Source: Chitinophagales bacterium (GTDB lineage Bacteria; Bacteroidota; Bacteroidia; Chitinophagales; Chitinophagaceae). From it: a stretch of 64,000 bases of DNA. The stretch covers positions 49,937 through 113,936 of the forward strand of contig JAIXLB010000027.1 of assembly GCA_026931905.1 (NCBI GenBank), written 5' to 3'. Each line of letters opens with the position of its first letter. Positions within the stretch are counted from its first letter, which is position 1. The position numbers were made by a program, and so were the translations under genes. The notes under the pieces were generated by a model. The model ran no database searches, had not been told where the DNA came from, and saw only the letters and a list, made by a program, of their open reading frames with translations. Positions 9,525 to 18,374 of the stretch are shown piece after piece.

Positions 9525-10265
9525 ATGCAAATTCATACCACAAAAGGCATTGTACTTCGTACGGTAAAATATGGCGAAACCAGCATTATTGCTACTGTTT
9601 ACACAGAGTTGTATGGTATTCAAACCTACATAATAAAAGGCATAAGAAAAGTTTCTAAAAAAAATTCCACTAAAGTAAATTGTTTTCAACCAGCCGCTAT
9701 TTTAGAAATGGAAGTGTATCATCACCCCAATAAAAATATTCAATTTTTAAAAAATTACGATTGGAGTATTATTTACAATAATTTATATTTTGATGTGGTA
9801 AAAAACGCAGTAGCTGTATATGTTATTGAATTATTGCAAAACTGTATAAAACAACCAGAACACAACGAAACACTTTTTACACTCATTGAAAAAACTTTAC
9901 AAACAATAGATACCGCAAATACTACTTTAGTTAGTAATATACCTATATATTTTACTTTACAATTAAGCAGCTTGCTTGGCTTTAAAATTCAAGGAACATA
10001 CAATATACAAACCCCTGTTTTAGATATCAATGAAGGTTGTTTTGTACAAAAAACACCCCAACATTTATTTTATGCAGAAGGCAATATTGCTTCCATCATA
10101 AGTACAATAAATGCTTGTAAACGTATTGAAGAATTGGAAAATCTGCAACTCAACAGAAATTTAAGAAAAAATATTTTACACCATTTACAACAATATCTTA
10201 TGATACATGTACAGGATTTTGGTAGTTTGAAAAGTATGTATGTATTACAAGAAATTTTAGATTAG
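9525..10265 (+). CDS. recO: DNA repair protein RecO
   Basis: N-terminal OB-fold signature TKGIVLRTVKYGETS, about 245 aa, typical RecO layout. Confidence 0.8.
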   Translation: MQIHTTKGIVLRTVKYGETSIIATVYTELYGIQTYIIKGIRKVSKKNSTKVNCFQPAAILEMEVYHHPNKNIQFLKNYDWSIIYNNLYFDVVKNAVAVYVIELLQNCIKQPEHNETLFTLIEKTLQTIDTANTTLVSNIPIYFTLQLSSLLGFKIQGTYNIQTPVLDINEGCFVQKTPQHLFYAEGNIASIISTINACKRIEELENLQLNRNLRKNILHHLQQYLMIHVQDFGSLKSMYVLQEILD

Positions 10266-10340
10266 AAAATATTTTAAAAGATTTAGTTCAATTAATTAGC
10301 ATTAGCCTTAATCTCTTTTTTTCTTTTCGGCTTTAGCAAG

Positions 10341-10348
10341 TATTTTTG
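10341..10348 (+). promoter_or_regulatory. -7 box TATTTTTG upstream of lpdA
   Basis: TAnnTTTG match 25 nt upstream of the ATG at 10374. No clear -33 TTTG seen. Confidence 0.35.
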
Positions 10349-10373
10349 CAATCAATTTTAAAAATAAAAAACT

Positions 10374-11780
10374 ATGACATACGATGTAGTAGTAATTGGT
10401 AGTGGACCAGGTGGTTATCCTGCTGCTATCAGAGCATCTCAATTAGGATTTAAAGTAGCAGTTATTGAAAAAGAAAGTTTAGGTGGTATTTGTTTAAACT
10501 GGGGCTGTATTCCTACCAAAGCATTATTAAAAAGTGCACAAGTAAATGAATATATAAAACATAGCACAGATTATGGAATAAATGCTACAGGCTCAGCAGA
10601 CTTTAATGCAGTTATAAAACGTAGTCGTGGTGTAGCAGATAAAATGAGTAAAGGTGTTCAGTTTTTAATGAAGAAGAATAAGATAGATGTGATAATGGGT
10701 TATGGAAAAGTAAAAGGCAAAGGACAAGTAGAAGTAACTGCTACCGATGGCTCTAAACAAATTGTAGAATGTAAATACATTGTTATTGCAACTGGAGGTA
10801 GAAGCAGAGAATTACCCAACTTAAAACAAGATGGCAATAAAGTTATTGGCTATAGAGAAGCAATGGTTTTAGCTAACCAACCTAAAAGCATGATAATTGT
10901 AGGTAGTGGAGCAATAGGTGTAGAATTTGCTTATGTTTATAACAGCATGGGAACAAAAGTTACAATAGTAGAATTTATGCCACGCATTGTTCCTGTTGAA
11001 GATGAAGATATTTCTAAAGAATTAGAAAAACAATACAAAAAACAAGGCATTGAAATAATGACCAACTCTTCTGTTGAAAGTGTTGATACAACTGGTGCAG
11101 GTGTAAAAGCATTAGTAAAAAAACAAGATGGCAGTACAATAACTTTAGAAGCAGATGTTTTATTAAGTGCAGTAGGTGTTGTTGCTAATCTTGAAAATAT
11201 TGGTTTAGAAGAAAATGGTATTAAAGCTGAAAAAGGAAAAATTATTGTAGATAAATACCAACAAACTTCCTTAGCTGGTGTATATGCAATTGGAGATTGT
11301 ACTCCAGGTCAAGCATTAGCACATGTTGCCTCTAAAGAAGGTATTAATGCTGCAGAGCACATGGCATATTTAGAGAAAAAACATCATCATTTACCAGAAG
11401 CTATGGATTATAATAATATTCCAGGTTGTACTTACTGCATTCCAGAAATTAGTAGTGTAGGCTATACAGAAAAAGGAGCAAAAGAAGCAGGCTACGAAAT
11501 TAAAGTGGGCAAGTTTCCTTTTGTTGCAAGTGGTAAAGCTGTAGCAGGTGGTGCAACTGAGGGTTTTGTAAAAGTAATTTTTGATGCTAAGTATGGCGAG
11601 TTTTTAGGTTGCCACATGATTGGTGCTGGTGTTACAGATTTAATTGCTGAAGCTGTTGTTGCCAGAAAATTAGAAACTACTGCACATGAAATTTTAAATG
11701 CAGTTCACCCTCACCCAACTATGAGTGAAGGTTTAAAAGAAGCAGTTGCTGCTGCTTATGGCGAAGCAATAGATATTTAG
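10374..11780 (+). CDS. lpdA: dihydrolipoyl dehydrogenase (E3)
   Basis: FAD motif VIGSGPGGY, redox-active disulfide GGICLNWGCIPTK, C-terminal HPHPT(M)SE interface motif. Confidence 0.92.
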   Translation: MTYDVVVIGSGPGGYPAAIRASQLGFKVAVIEKESLGGICLNWGCIPTKALLKSAQVNEYIKHSTDYGINATGSADFNAVIKRSRGVADKMSKGVQFLMKKNKIDVIMGYGKVKGKGQVEVTATDGSKQIVECKYIVIATGGRSRELPNLKQDGNKVIGYREAMVLANQPKSMIIVGSGAIGVEFAYVYNSMGTKVTIVEFMPRIVPVEDEDISKELEKQYKKQGIEIMTNSSVESVDTTGAGVKALVKKQDGSTITLEADVLLSAVGVVANLENIGLEENGIKAEKGKIIVDKYQQTSLAGVYAIGDCTPGQALAHVASKEGINAAEHMAYLEKKHHHLPEAMDYNNIPGCTYCIPEISSVGYTEKGAKEAGYEIKVGKFPFVASGKAVAGGATEGFVKVIFDAKYGEFLGCHMIGAGVTDLIAEAVVARKLETTAHEILNAVHPHPTMSEGLKEAVAAAYGEAIDI

Positions 11781-11816
11781 AATAATTTTTTATTGACAAA
11801 TAATTTTATTCATTAC

Positions 11817-11842
11817 ACAAGGGAGTATCACAACTCCCTTGT
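11817..11842 (+). terminator. rho-independent terminator after lpdA
   Basis: Perfect 10-bp stem ACAAGGGAGT/ACTCCCTTGT with a 6-nt loop, followed by TAAGTTTT. Confidence 0.6.
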
Positions 11843-11869
11843 TAAGTTTTATAAAGAAAAATTTACAGT

Positions 11870-12154
11870 ATGAATTTGTTATTTAACCTTACCACAACAC
11901 AAGTAGAACTCATTGGCTATATAGGTTCTTTTTTAACTTCAATAACTTTTTTACCACAAGTTTACCAAGCTTGGAAAACAAAAAGTGTTGGCGATTTAAG
12001 TATTTGGATGATTGTTATTGTAATAACAAGTACTTTAATTTGGCTGGTGTATGGATTTGGAATAACAGGAGGAGGTCCAGTTATTGTTGCTAATAGTGTT
12101 GTACTAGTTTTATCTTTATTGTTGTTGTATTTCAAACTAACTTTTAAAAAGTAA
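11870..12154 (+). CDS. SemiSWEET / PQ-loop (MtN3) small sugar-transporter-like protein
   Basis: 94 aa with three predicted TM helices and the PQ motif in TM1 (FLPQVYQAWKTKS). Confidence 0.7.
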   Translation: MNLLFNLTTTQVELIGYIGSFLTSITFLPQVYQAWKTKSVGDLSIWMIVIVITSTLIWLVYGFGITGGGPVIVANSVVLVLSLLLLYFKLTFKK

Positions 12155-12173
12155 ATGAATTAAAACTCATTTT

Positions 12174-12323
12174 CTATTCAGCTAAAAAGTAATAAATCAA
12201 AGCCCAAACACCTATGAATACAAGTCCTACATAGAGTGTATTAATATTTTTCTTTAAATCTTTTTTTATAAAAAGTCTATATAAAATCCAGCCAATTAGA
12301 GCGATTAAAAAAATAAAAGACAT
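12174..12323 (-). CDS. unlisted 49-aa two-TM mini-protein (candidate small ORF)
   Basis: Hand translation gives MSFIFLIALIGWILYRLFIKKDLKKNINTLYVGLVFIGVWALIYYFLAE*, with an ATG start and TAG stop. Two hydrophobic helices are joined by a Lys-rich loop. It lies 72 nt downstream of lptB on the same strand and is below the track length cutoff. Confidence 0.3.
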   Translation of the reverse strand: MSFIFLIALIGWILYRLFIKKDLKKNINTLYVGLVFIGVWALIYYFLAE

Positions 12324-12395
12324 GTATATTCTTAGCATAGTTAATTTATTTAAGTTTTTGATTTAGTGTTAAATATCAGAAAAGCGATTAAAATT

Positions 12396-13178
12396 CTATT
12401 CTCCTTTTCCCATTTCTATAATCCAGTCCTTACGTTTTAATTCAAAATTAGTACCTAAATACAATCGTTTTACATGCTCATCAGCAGCCAATTCCTCTGC
12501 AGTTCCATGTTTAAATATTTTTCCATCAATTAATAAATAAGCTCTATCGCAAATAGATAAAGTTTCATTTACATTGTGGTCTGTAATTAAAATACCAATG
12601 TTTTTATATTTCAACCTTGCAACTACGCTTTGAATATCTTCAACAGCAATAGGATCAACCCCTGCAAAAGGCTCATCTAATAAAATAAATTTAGGATCAA
12701 CAGCTAAAGCTCTGGCTATTTCTGTTCTTCTTCTTTCTCCACCACTCAAACTATCACCATTATTTTTTCTTACATGATGCAAATGAAATTCATCTAATAA
12801 TTCTTCTAATTTTTGTTTACGTTCTGTTTTCGTTTTCTTAGTCATTTCCAACACACTCATAATATTATCCTCTACACTTAATTTTCTAAAAACACTTGCT
12901 TCCTGTGGTAAATAACCAATACCCATTTGTGCACGTTTATACATAGGCAATTTGGTGATATTGGTATCGTTTAAAAACACATTGCCTTCATCTGGTTTTA
13001 TTAACCCCACAACCATATAAAATGTGGTAGTTTTTCCTGCTCCATTAGGTCCTAACAAACCAACGATTTCGCCTTGTTGTACATCAATACTAACCTTGTT
13101 TACAACAGTTCTATTCTTATACGTTTTTACTAAATTTTGAGTATGTATGGTAAGGTTCAATGTGAGATGTTTGAGCAA
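12396..13178 (-). CDS. lptB: LPS export ABC transporter ATP-binding protein LptB
   Basis: Walker [10 protein letters not shown], signature LSGGERRR, Walker B ILLDEPF, LptB-like C-terminal extension. There is no in-frame ATG near the 5' end, so the start is probably TTG (13178 or 13160). Confidence 0.82.
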   Translation of the reverse strand: MLKHLTLNLTIHTQNLVKTYKNRTVVNKVSIDVQQGEIVGLLGPNGAGKTTTFYMVVGLIKPDEGNVFLNDTNITKLPMYKRAQMGIGYLPQEASVFRKLSVEDNIMSVLEMTKKTKTERKQKLEELLDEFHLHHVRKNNGDSLSGGERRRTEIARALAVDPKFILLDEPFAGVDPIAVEDIQSVVARLKYKNIGILITDHNVNETLSICDRAYLLIDGKIFKHGTAEELAADEHVKRLYLGTNFELKRKDWIIEMGKGE

Positions 13179-13220
13179 AAATATAGCTTATAGATTGTGA
13201 AATTAGTTTTTGAATAAAAT

Positions 13221-13760
13221 TTAACTTGCTGTAAAAAAACTAAATAAAGTTGAGCCATAATTTCTTACAAAAGAAAAACCTTTAAAAGTTTCATAATTAT
13301 TCCTGGGTGTATGTTCTAATACAAAATACCCCTCTTTAGCTATCATTTTTTTTTGAATAATTTTTGTAGGAATTTCATCTATTGTACCTAAAGCATAAGG
13401 TGGTCCAGCAAAAATAAAATTGTATTGTTCATTACAAGTTTCTAAAAAATTAAAAATATCCATCTTAATTACTTTGCAATTTTCAATACCGAGTTTTGTA
13501 ATATTTTGTTTTATAAATGTATGCATAGCTGCATCTTTTTCTACAATAATTAAATCTGCAGCACCACGAGATGCAAGCTCATAGCTTATGCTTCCTGTAC
13601 CTCCAAAAAGGTCTAATGTTTTTATACCATCAAATGAAATACGATGTTGTAAAATATTAAATAAACCTTCTTTAGCAATATCTGTTGTTGGTCTTGTATG
13701 AGGCATTTTGGCAGGTGGGTTTATTTTTCTACCTCCAAATTTTCCTGAAATAATTCTCAT
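13221..13760 (-). CDS. rsmD: 16S rRNA (guanine966-N2)-methyltransferase RsmD
   Basis: MRIISGKFGGRKI N-terminus, SAM motif LDLFGGTGS, FAGPPY motif; 179 aa. Confidence 0.85.
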   Translation of the reverse strand: MRIISGKFGGRKINPPAKMPHTRPTTDIAKEGLFNILQHRISFDGIKTLDLFGGTGSISYELASRGAADLIIVEKDAAMHTFIKQNITKLGIENCKVIKMDIFNFLETCNEQYNFIFAGPPYALGTIDEIPTKIIQKKMIAKEGYFVLEHTPRNNYETFKGFSFVRNYGSTLFSFFTAS

Positions 13761-14611
13761 ACTTGCAAATTAAAAAATGGTGTAAAATAATGCAAAGGAT
13801 AATGAGCATATTGTTCAAATGCAATTTCTGAATTATCTACAGAAGCAATATATACATTAGCAAAATGCATTTGTAATAGTTGAATGATTGCACCATTTTG
13901 CTCAATCATTCCAGAAATAGTTAAGGGGTCAGATGTAAGAACAAGTTTAAAATTTTCTACCAAATTCAGTAAGTAATATAATACATCTTCTGGTATGGTA
14001 TATTTAAAACTCTGAATTAGTTGAATTTTTTTATTTTTTATTACAAAAGCAATAAATAATTGGTTGTAAAAATTGACATACAATCCATCGCCTTGTTGAT
14101 TATCTTTTTGAATAGATAAGTTTTTTAATAATCCTGAGTATGTATGAAATTCTGTTATTGTAATAAAATTTGTTTTAATTAGAGTGCTTAATGCAGGATT
14201 AATACGATAAACATTATACACCTGCTCTCCCCAAAAATCAATACTATCATATTTTTCAACACAATCATCATTACTACCAAACATAATATCTAAAAAACCC
14301 GTAGCAGTTCCTGCATTAAATTTATAAGCAGGTACTAATACACTTTCATTATTGTTGTAAAAAATATTTGTAATAATGTATGTTTTATCTAATAAAACAG
14401 ATTGTTTTCTTATCTCATAAAATATATCATCCCAATCAAAACTTATTTGTTCATTGATTAAGAATACTTCAACTGCAATAATATTATTATTACTTTCAGT
14501 TCTTACCCATACTGCTAAATGAGAGTTACTTATTTCTATAAATAAATTACTTTTATTAAAGTGTGTATAGGCTTGATTGTTGCTATATAAACCAATAATT
14601 TTTTGTACCAT
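13757..14611 (-). CDS. DUF3822-like protein of unknown function
   Basis: 284 aa with no motif recognised. Its stop overlaps the rsmD start (ATGA). The DUF3822-rsmD adjacency is recalled as typical of Bacteroidota. Confidence 0.45.
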   Translation of the reverse strand: MVQKIIGLYSNNQAYTHFNKSNLFIEISNSHLAVWVRTESNNNIIAVEVFLINEQISFDWDDIFYEIRKQSVLLDKTYIITNIFYNNNESVLVPAYKFNAGTATGFLDIMFGSNDDCVEKYDSIDFWGEQVYNVYRINPALSTLIKTNFITITEFHTYSGLLKNLSIQKDNQQGDGLYVNFYNQLFIAFVIKNKKIQLIQSFKYTIPEDVLYYLLNLVENFKLVLTSDPLTISGMIEQNGAIIQLLQMHFANVYIASVDNSEIAFEQYAHYPLHYFTPFFNLQV

Positions 14612-14686
14612 AATTTAGTTTATTGCTATGCAATAATATAAAATTCTTTCTGCATTTTGATTTAAAAATCATTGTTAGTTCTAAAA

Positions 14687-14717
14687 AAAATCCCTGCAAG
14701 AAATTTGCAGGGATTTT
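14687..14717 (-). terminator. rho-independent terminator after gldN
   Basis: Stem AAAATCCCTGCAA/TTGCAGGGATTTT with a 5-nt loop, followed by a T-run on the minus strand; 29 nt after the gldN stop. Confidence 0.7.
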
Positions 14718-14745
14718 GAATTTTATACTAATTAAATACTTTGAA

Positions 14746-15831
14746 TTAATAGGACCACAAATCTTGTTCGTAATTAAATAATTTTTCTTTTATATTTTCT
14801 CCTTCTAATAATCTAAACAATGGGTCTTCAATTAATTGAGCTAATGTTTTATCGCCAGAGTTATTAATAGTAGATTTTATGATGTAGCTACTAAAAAATC
14901 TTCCTTCAAAAACTTCTTCCCAAGAAAGTTGTCCTCCAATGTTTTTAGGATTGTAAGCAAAAGTTCTTGAAAGTGTTGGACGTAAATCAGGATAATAAAT
15001 CCAAAATAATGGATAATAAGTAGGAGGTGCAGAGCTTTTTTTAACACCAGGAGGTAAAGGATTGGGTGCTAAAGGAGCAATTCCAATTATTCTTACCAAA
15101 AACCTACTTGATTCTTTATCAAACATCCATTGTTCTTTAATTCTAAATTTATAAATAGAGTCTGGTTTTGGTGCTTTTAAATTTTCTTTCCAACGAATTA
15201 CCGTATCCATAACATTTTCATCATCAGGGTTTTCAGCATAAGTTGTATCCAATACTGTTGATTGAGCTGATGACATGCTTATAACTTGATTGTATGTCAA
15301 AGGAGTAGTAAATCTATCATCAATTGCATCAAAGGCTACAACGCTATCATTTTTAATTGCATTTAAAATGATTGAAAAAAATCTTTGATCTCCTGTATCA
15401 TCTTTAGATGAATATATAAAAGGTAAATTCATTTTTTCTCTTGCATCAATTTCTCTCCAAACAAAATGGCTAAATGCAGCATCATCTTCTCTTACATGAT
15501 CGTAAGGCAATGGTTTTCTATCCTGCAAGGATTCCTTTTGATACGCATAAGCATTACGTTTACTTTGTGGTACAACAGCACCATACTCTTTACCAGAAAC
15601 ATCACGAGCAGTATCAAATCGTTTCTTAGGTCTAATTAAAGAGTCTTTTCTGGGAGCTGTAGTTGTTGTGGTAGTTGTTGTTACCCCTCCAGTTTTACCA
15701 GGTGTAGTTGTTGTTTCTCCAGTAGGTTTTTCCTCTGTCTTTTTTGTTGTCTTTTTAAATTGAGCTAATGAATCTGTACTAAAATATACAGATAAAGTAA
15801 CTGCCAATAAAAGATAAAACACTTTTTTCAT
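14746..15831 (-). CDS. gldN: gliding motility / T9SS protein GldN (PorN)
   Basis: Last gene of the gldKLMN array, with a signal peptide and conserved C-terminal region (WEEVFE.R.F...I). Unusual Thr-rich linker at aa 28-60. Confidence 0.85.
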   Translation of the reverse strand: MKKVFYLLLAVTLSVYFSTDSLAQFKKTTKKTEEKPTGETTTTPGKTGGVTTTTTTTTAPRKDSLIRPKKRFDTARDVSGKEYGAVVPQSKRNAYAYQKESLQDRKPLPYDHVREDDAAFSHFVWREIDAREKMNLPFIYSSKDDTGDQRFFSIILNAIKNDSVVAFDAIDDRFTTPLTYNQVISMSSAQSTVLDTTYAENPDDENVMDTVIRWKENLKAPKPDSIYKFRIKEQWMFDKESSRFLVRIIGIAPLAPNPLPPGVKKSSAPPTYYPLFWIYYPDLRPTLSRTFAYNPKNIGGQLSWEEVFEGRFFSSYIIKSTINNSGDKTLAQLIEDPLFRLLEGENIKEKLFNYEQDLWSY

Positions 15832-15856
15832 AAATTTCGAATATTTTAAAATTCAC

Positions 15857-17428
15857 TTATTCTAAAGTAAAGGAAATAGTTCCGTCAATTTCTCTCACAT
15901 TTCCAATTTGATCTGCTACACGTACACCTCCAATAACTACTGTAGTACCAGCAGCACATCTATTCATATATTTTCTTGCTTCTGCATTGAAAGTATTGCC
16001 TTGCACTTCTACAATTTCATTTTTTTCTTCAAAACCTGCACCTGTAAAGAATAATGCAAATGATGATACCTTGAAAGTATATCCTTCAAAAATAAAGTCA
16101 AGTAATTTTGCCGATACACCACCAGCAGCTTTAAATTTACTTGCTTCCATACTACCACCACGATTATTATTAACCATAATTACAGGATCTGGTACACGTT
16201 TAATAGGAATTTTAAACTCTTGTGTAGATTTACCATCGCTTGCTCTTACAATAGCAGAACCAGGTTGTGTACATTTTATAATAAATTGGCCTTTACCTTT
16301 AGGTTCTACAGATACACCAGGTCCATCCACTTGTAAGGTAATTTTCTCTGAACCTCCTTGTCCTGTAACGCTTAATGGATTTTCAATACCACCTGAGTAA
16401 AATACTCTTGTAGCATCTGTAGATACTGTTAATCCAGATAATTGACCAACTGTATATTTAATATCTTTATCAACAGAAGCTACTGTACCATCTGGCTTTA
16501 CGAAACTTATTCTTACTTTTTTGGTATATTCACCAGCAGCAGTAGGTGCATTAAATTTATATTCATAACTACCATCTGGTAATGCTTGTGCACCTGCTCC
16601 ATCAATTGTAACAGAGGGTTTAGCAGCACTACTAAAAGCACCAACACCAGCATTGATTATAATTTCTTCGCTTGGCATTACATAAGATGCAGATGCATTG
16701 GCAATAGCCTTAAACTGATCGTATTTAATTTTTACTTCTCCAACTTTTTTATGGAATAATTCTACTACTTGTGCTTCTGTGTTTCTTATATCGTTTTGAA
16801 ATTTACTTAAAATGGTTAAAGCAGCAATTGTGGGTGTCATTCTAAAATAGGCAGCCTCCCATGTATGGTTGCCTGCTGTTTTAGTTTTAGGTATGGTTAA
16901 ATCTATGGGTAAACTTTTACCTAACTCTTCAGTTACAGCACTATCTAAAGCAAATAATCCATCTTTAAAATCTTGTAATTTTTTAAATAATTCTTTTCCT
17001 TTCCCTTTTCCTTGTGGTGCGGCTTCCACTAATAATCTTGTAGCTGCCTCCAAATTATCTTCTTTAAAAGTAGAGTCTATTTTGCCATCTATTTTATTAG
17101 CGGGATTAAATCCTGCTTCTTTCATGAGTTCTAACTTCAAATCTTCTACATATTTAAAAATATTATCACTCATGGTGTGCACCTGATTGGCTTTTTCAAA
17201 CCAAATAGTTGCTTGATCCTTAGTGGTAGGATCTTCCATTTTATCTTTAAATGATTCAAAAATTTGCTGGGTCTTCTCATTTGCTAATTCACTAGAATTT
17301 TCTAAGCTACTCTTTACAGTTTTAAAAGCATTTAAGATTTCAGATGATACGTTTAATGCCAATAGTGCAGTTAACACTAAGTACATTAAGTTAATCATCT
17401 TCTGCCTTGGCTCCTTAGGTAGTGCCAT
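15857..17428 (-). CDS. gldM: gliding motility / T9SS protein GldM (PorM)
   Basis: Hallmark N-terminus PRQKMINLMYLVLTALLALNVS and a single TM; 523 aa. Confidence 0.92.
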   Translation of the reverse strand: MALPKEPRQKMINLMYLVLTALLALNVSSEILNAFKTVKSSLENSSELANEKTQQIFESFKDKMEDPTTKDQATIWFEKANQVHTMSDNIFKYVEDLKLELMKEAGFNPANKIDGKIDSTFKEDNLEAATRLLVEAAPQGKGKGKELFKKLQDFKDGLFALDSAVTEELGKSLPIDLTIPKTKTAGNHTWEAAYFRMTPTIAALTILSKFQNDIRNTEAQVVELFHKKVGEVKIKYDQFKAIANASASYVMPSEEIIINAGVGAFSSAAKPSVTIDGAGAQALPDGSYEYKFNAPTAAGEYTKKVRISFVKPDGTVASVDKDIKYTVGQLSGLTVSTDATRVFYSGGIENPLSVTGQGGSEKITLQVDGPGVSVEPKGKGQFIIKCTQPGSAIVRASDGKSTQEFKIPIKRVPDPVIMVNNNRGGSMEASKFKAAGGVSAKLLDFIFEGYTFKVSSFALFFTGAGFEEKNEIVEVQGNTFNAEARKYMNRCAAGTTVVIGGVRVADQIGNVREIDGTISFTLE

Positions 17429-17482
17429 TTTATATTAGTTTAATTTAATACAATTTACAAATAGGGTTATCTAAATTCATCT

Positions 17483-17501
17483 TTGTATAATTTCTATACA
17501 A
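17483..17501 (-). other. intercistronic hairpin between gldL and gldM
   Basis: 7-bp stem TTGTATA/TATACAA with a 5-nt loop, beginning 2-3 nt after the gldL stop. Confidence 0.3.
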
Positions 17502-17503
17502 TA

Positions 17504-18271
17504 TTATCTACCAGACATAGCAGTAAGCATATTGCCATAAACCTGGTTCAATCTGGTTAAATTTCCTGCCAATGCAGCAATTTGTTGTTTTGCTTTTTCA
17601 GCATCTTCTGCAGTACCTTCCATTGCTTGACTTGCATCTGCAAGTTTGCCATAAAAATTATTTAAAACTTTTAAATGGTTATTGCTTTCTTGTAATTCTA
17701 ATTCGTAAATAGTATTTAAAGAAGCCAAGTTTTTAGTTAATACTTGTACTTGACCATGGAATTGTTTTGTGCTTTCTGATGCTTCATTAAATGCTCCTAA
17801 TGAAACTGTTGCTTGATTAACTGCCCCAGCAACTGAACTTAATGCAGTTGCAGCTTCTTTAGTTTTATTAGAAAAATCACCTGTAGATTTTACTACATCT
17901 CCTAAATCACTGATTTGAGATACAGTAGAACCAAATTTTTCAAAGCCTGCACTTAACTTACCTAAATTAGCAGGTGTAATATCTGCCTCTTTCATCATTT
18001 TTTCCATAGCTTTAATTGGAGAAACTTCTTTACCGGCTGCCTCTAAACCTGGCACATGTACTTCGTTTTCATCCATTGCTGGATAATACATATATAGTAC
18101 ACCATAACCAAGAAAGATGAATGCCTCTGAATATAGACCAATCTGTAAGAATAAATCAGCTAATTTGGTGTGCATTAATTTTTGAAGTGCTCCAAATAAT
18201 ACTACTGCTGCTGCAATAGAAACTAATACATCTACTATTTTACCAACTTTAGGTGGGATTTTTGCTGCCAT
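17504..18271 (-). CDS. gldL: gliding motility / T9SS protein GldL (PorL)
   Basis: Two N-terminal TM helices (VLVSIAAAVVLFGALQKLMH; GLYSEAFIFLGYGVLYMYY, with conserved Glu) and a coiled-coil cytoplasmic tail; positioned between gldK and gldM. Confidence 0.88.
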   Translation of the reverse strand: MAAKIPPKVGKIVDVLVSIAAAVVLFGALQKLMHTKLADLFLQIGLYSEAFIFLGYGVLYMYYPAMDENEVHVPGLEAAGKEVSPIKAMEKMMKEADITPANLGKLSAGFEKFGSTVSQISDLGDVVKSTGDFSNKTKEAATALSSVAGAVNQATVSLGAFNEASESTKQFHGQVQVLTKNLASLNTIYELELQESNNHLKVLNNFYGKLADASQAMEGTAEDAEKAKQQIAALAGNLTRLNQVYGNMLTAMSGR

Positions 18272-18331
18272 GTTTTAATTTTTAATTGATTTTGTTGTTT
18301 AGATATTTAACGAATAAATGAGCATCTTAGT

Positions 18332-18362
18332 TTAAACACTTATTTTTTTATGAAGTGTTTAA
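18332..18362 (-). other. intercistronic hairpin between gldK and gldL
   Basis: 10-bp stem TTAAACACTT/AAGTGTTTAA with an 11-nt loop, 13 nt after the gldK stop. It is not followed by a T-run on the minus strand. Confidence 0.35.
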
Positions 18363-18374
18363 TTATTTAAAATT

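Noticed and set aside
14575-14615. Apparent -1 frame discontinuity when I hand-translate the first 10 codons or so of the DUF3822-like gene across the 14580/14581 line break.
   Set aside because: The supplied ORF track shows an uninterrupted 284-aa ORF whose length is a multiple of three, and coordinates on both sides agree with the track. It is most likely my own character-counting error at a line boundary, so I do not report it as a frameshift or pseudogene.
15987-16400. 137-aa plus-strand ORF antisense to gldM (also 16869-17186 and 17223-17438).
   Set aside because: These ORFs are fully embedded opposite a strongly supported gene. Their sequences are low-complexity (Pro/Ser/Leu-rich) and typical of the open antisense frame of a codon-biased gene, with no promoter box or start context.
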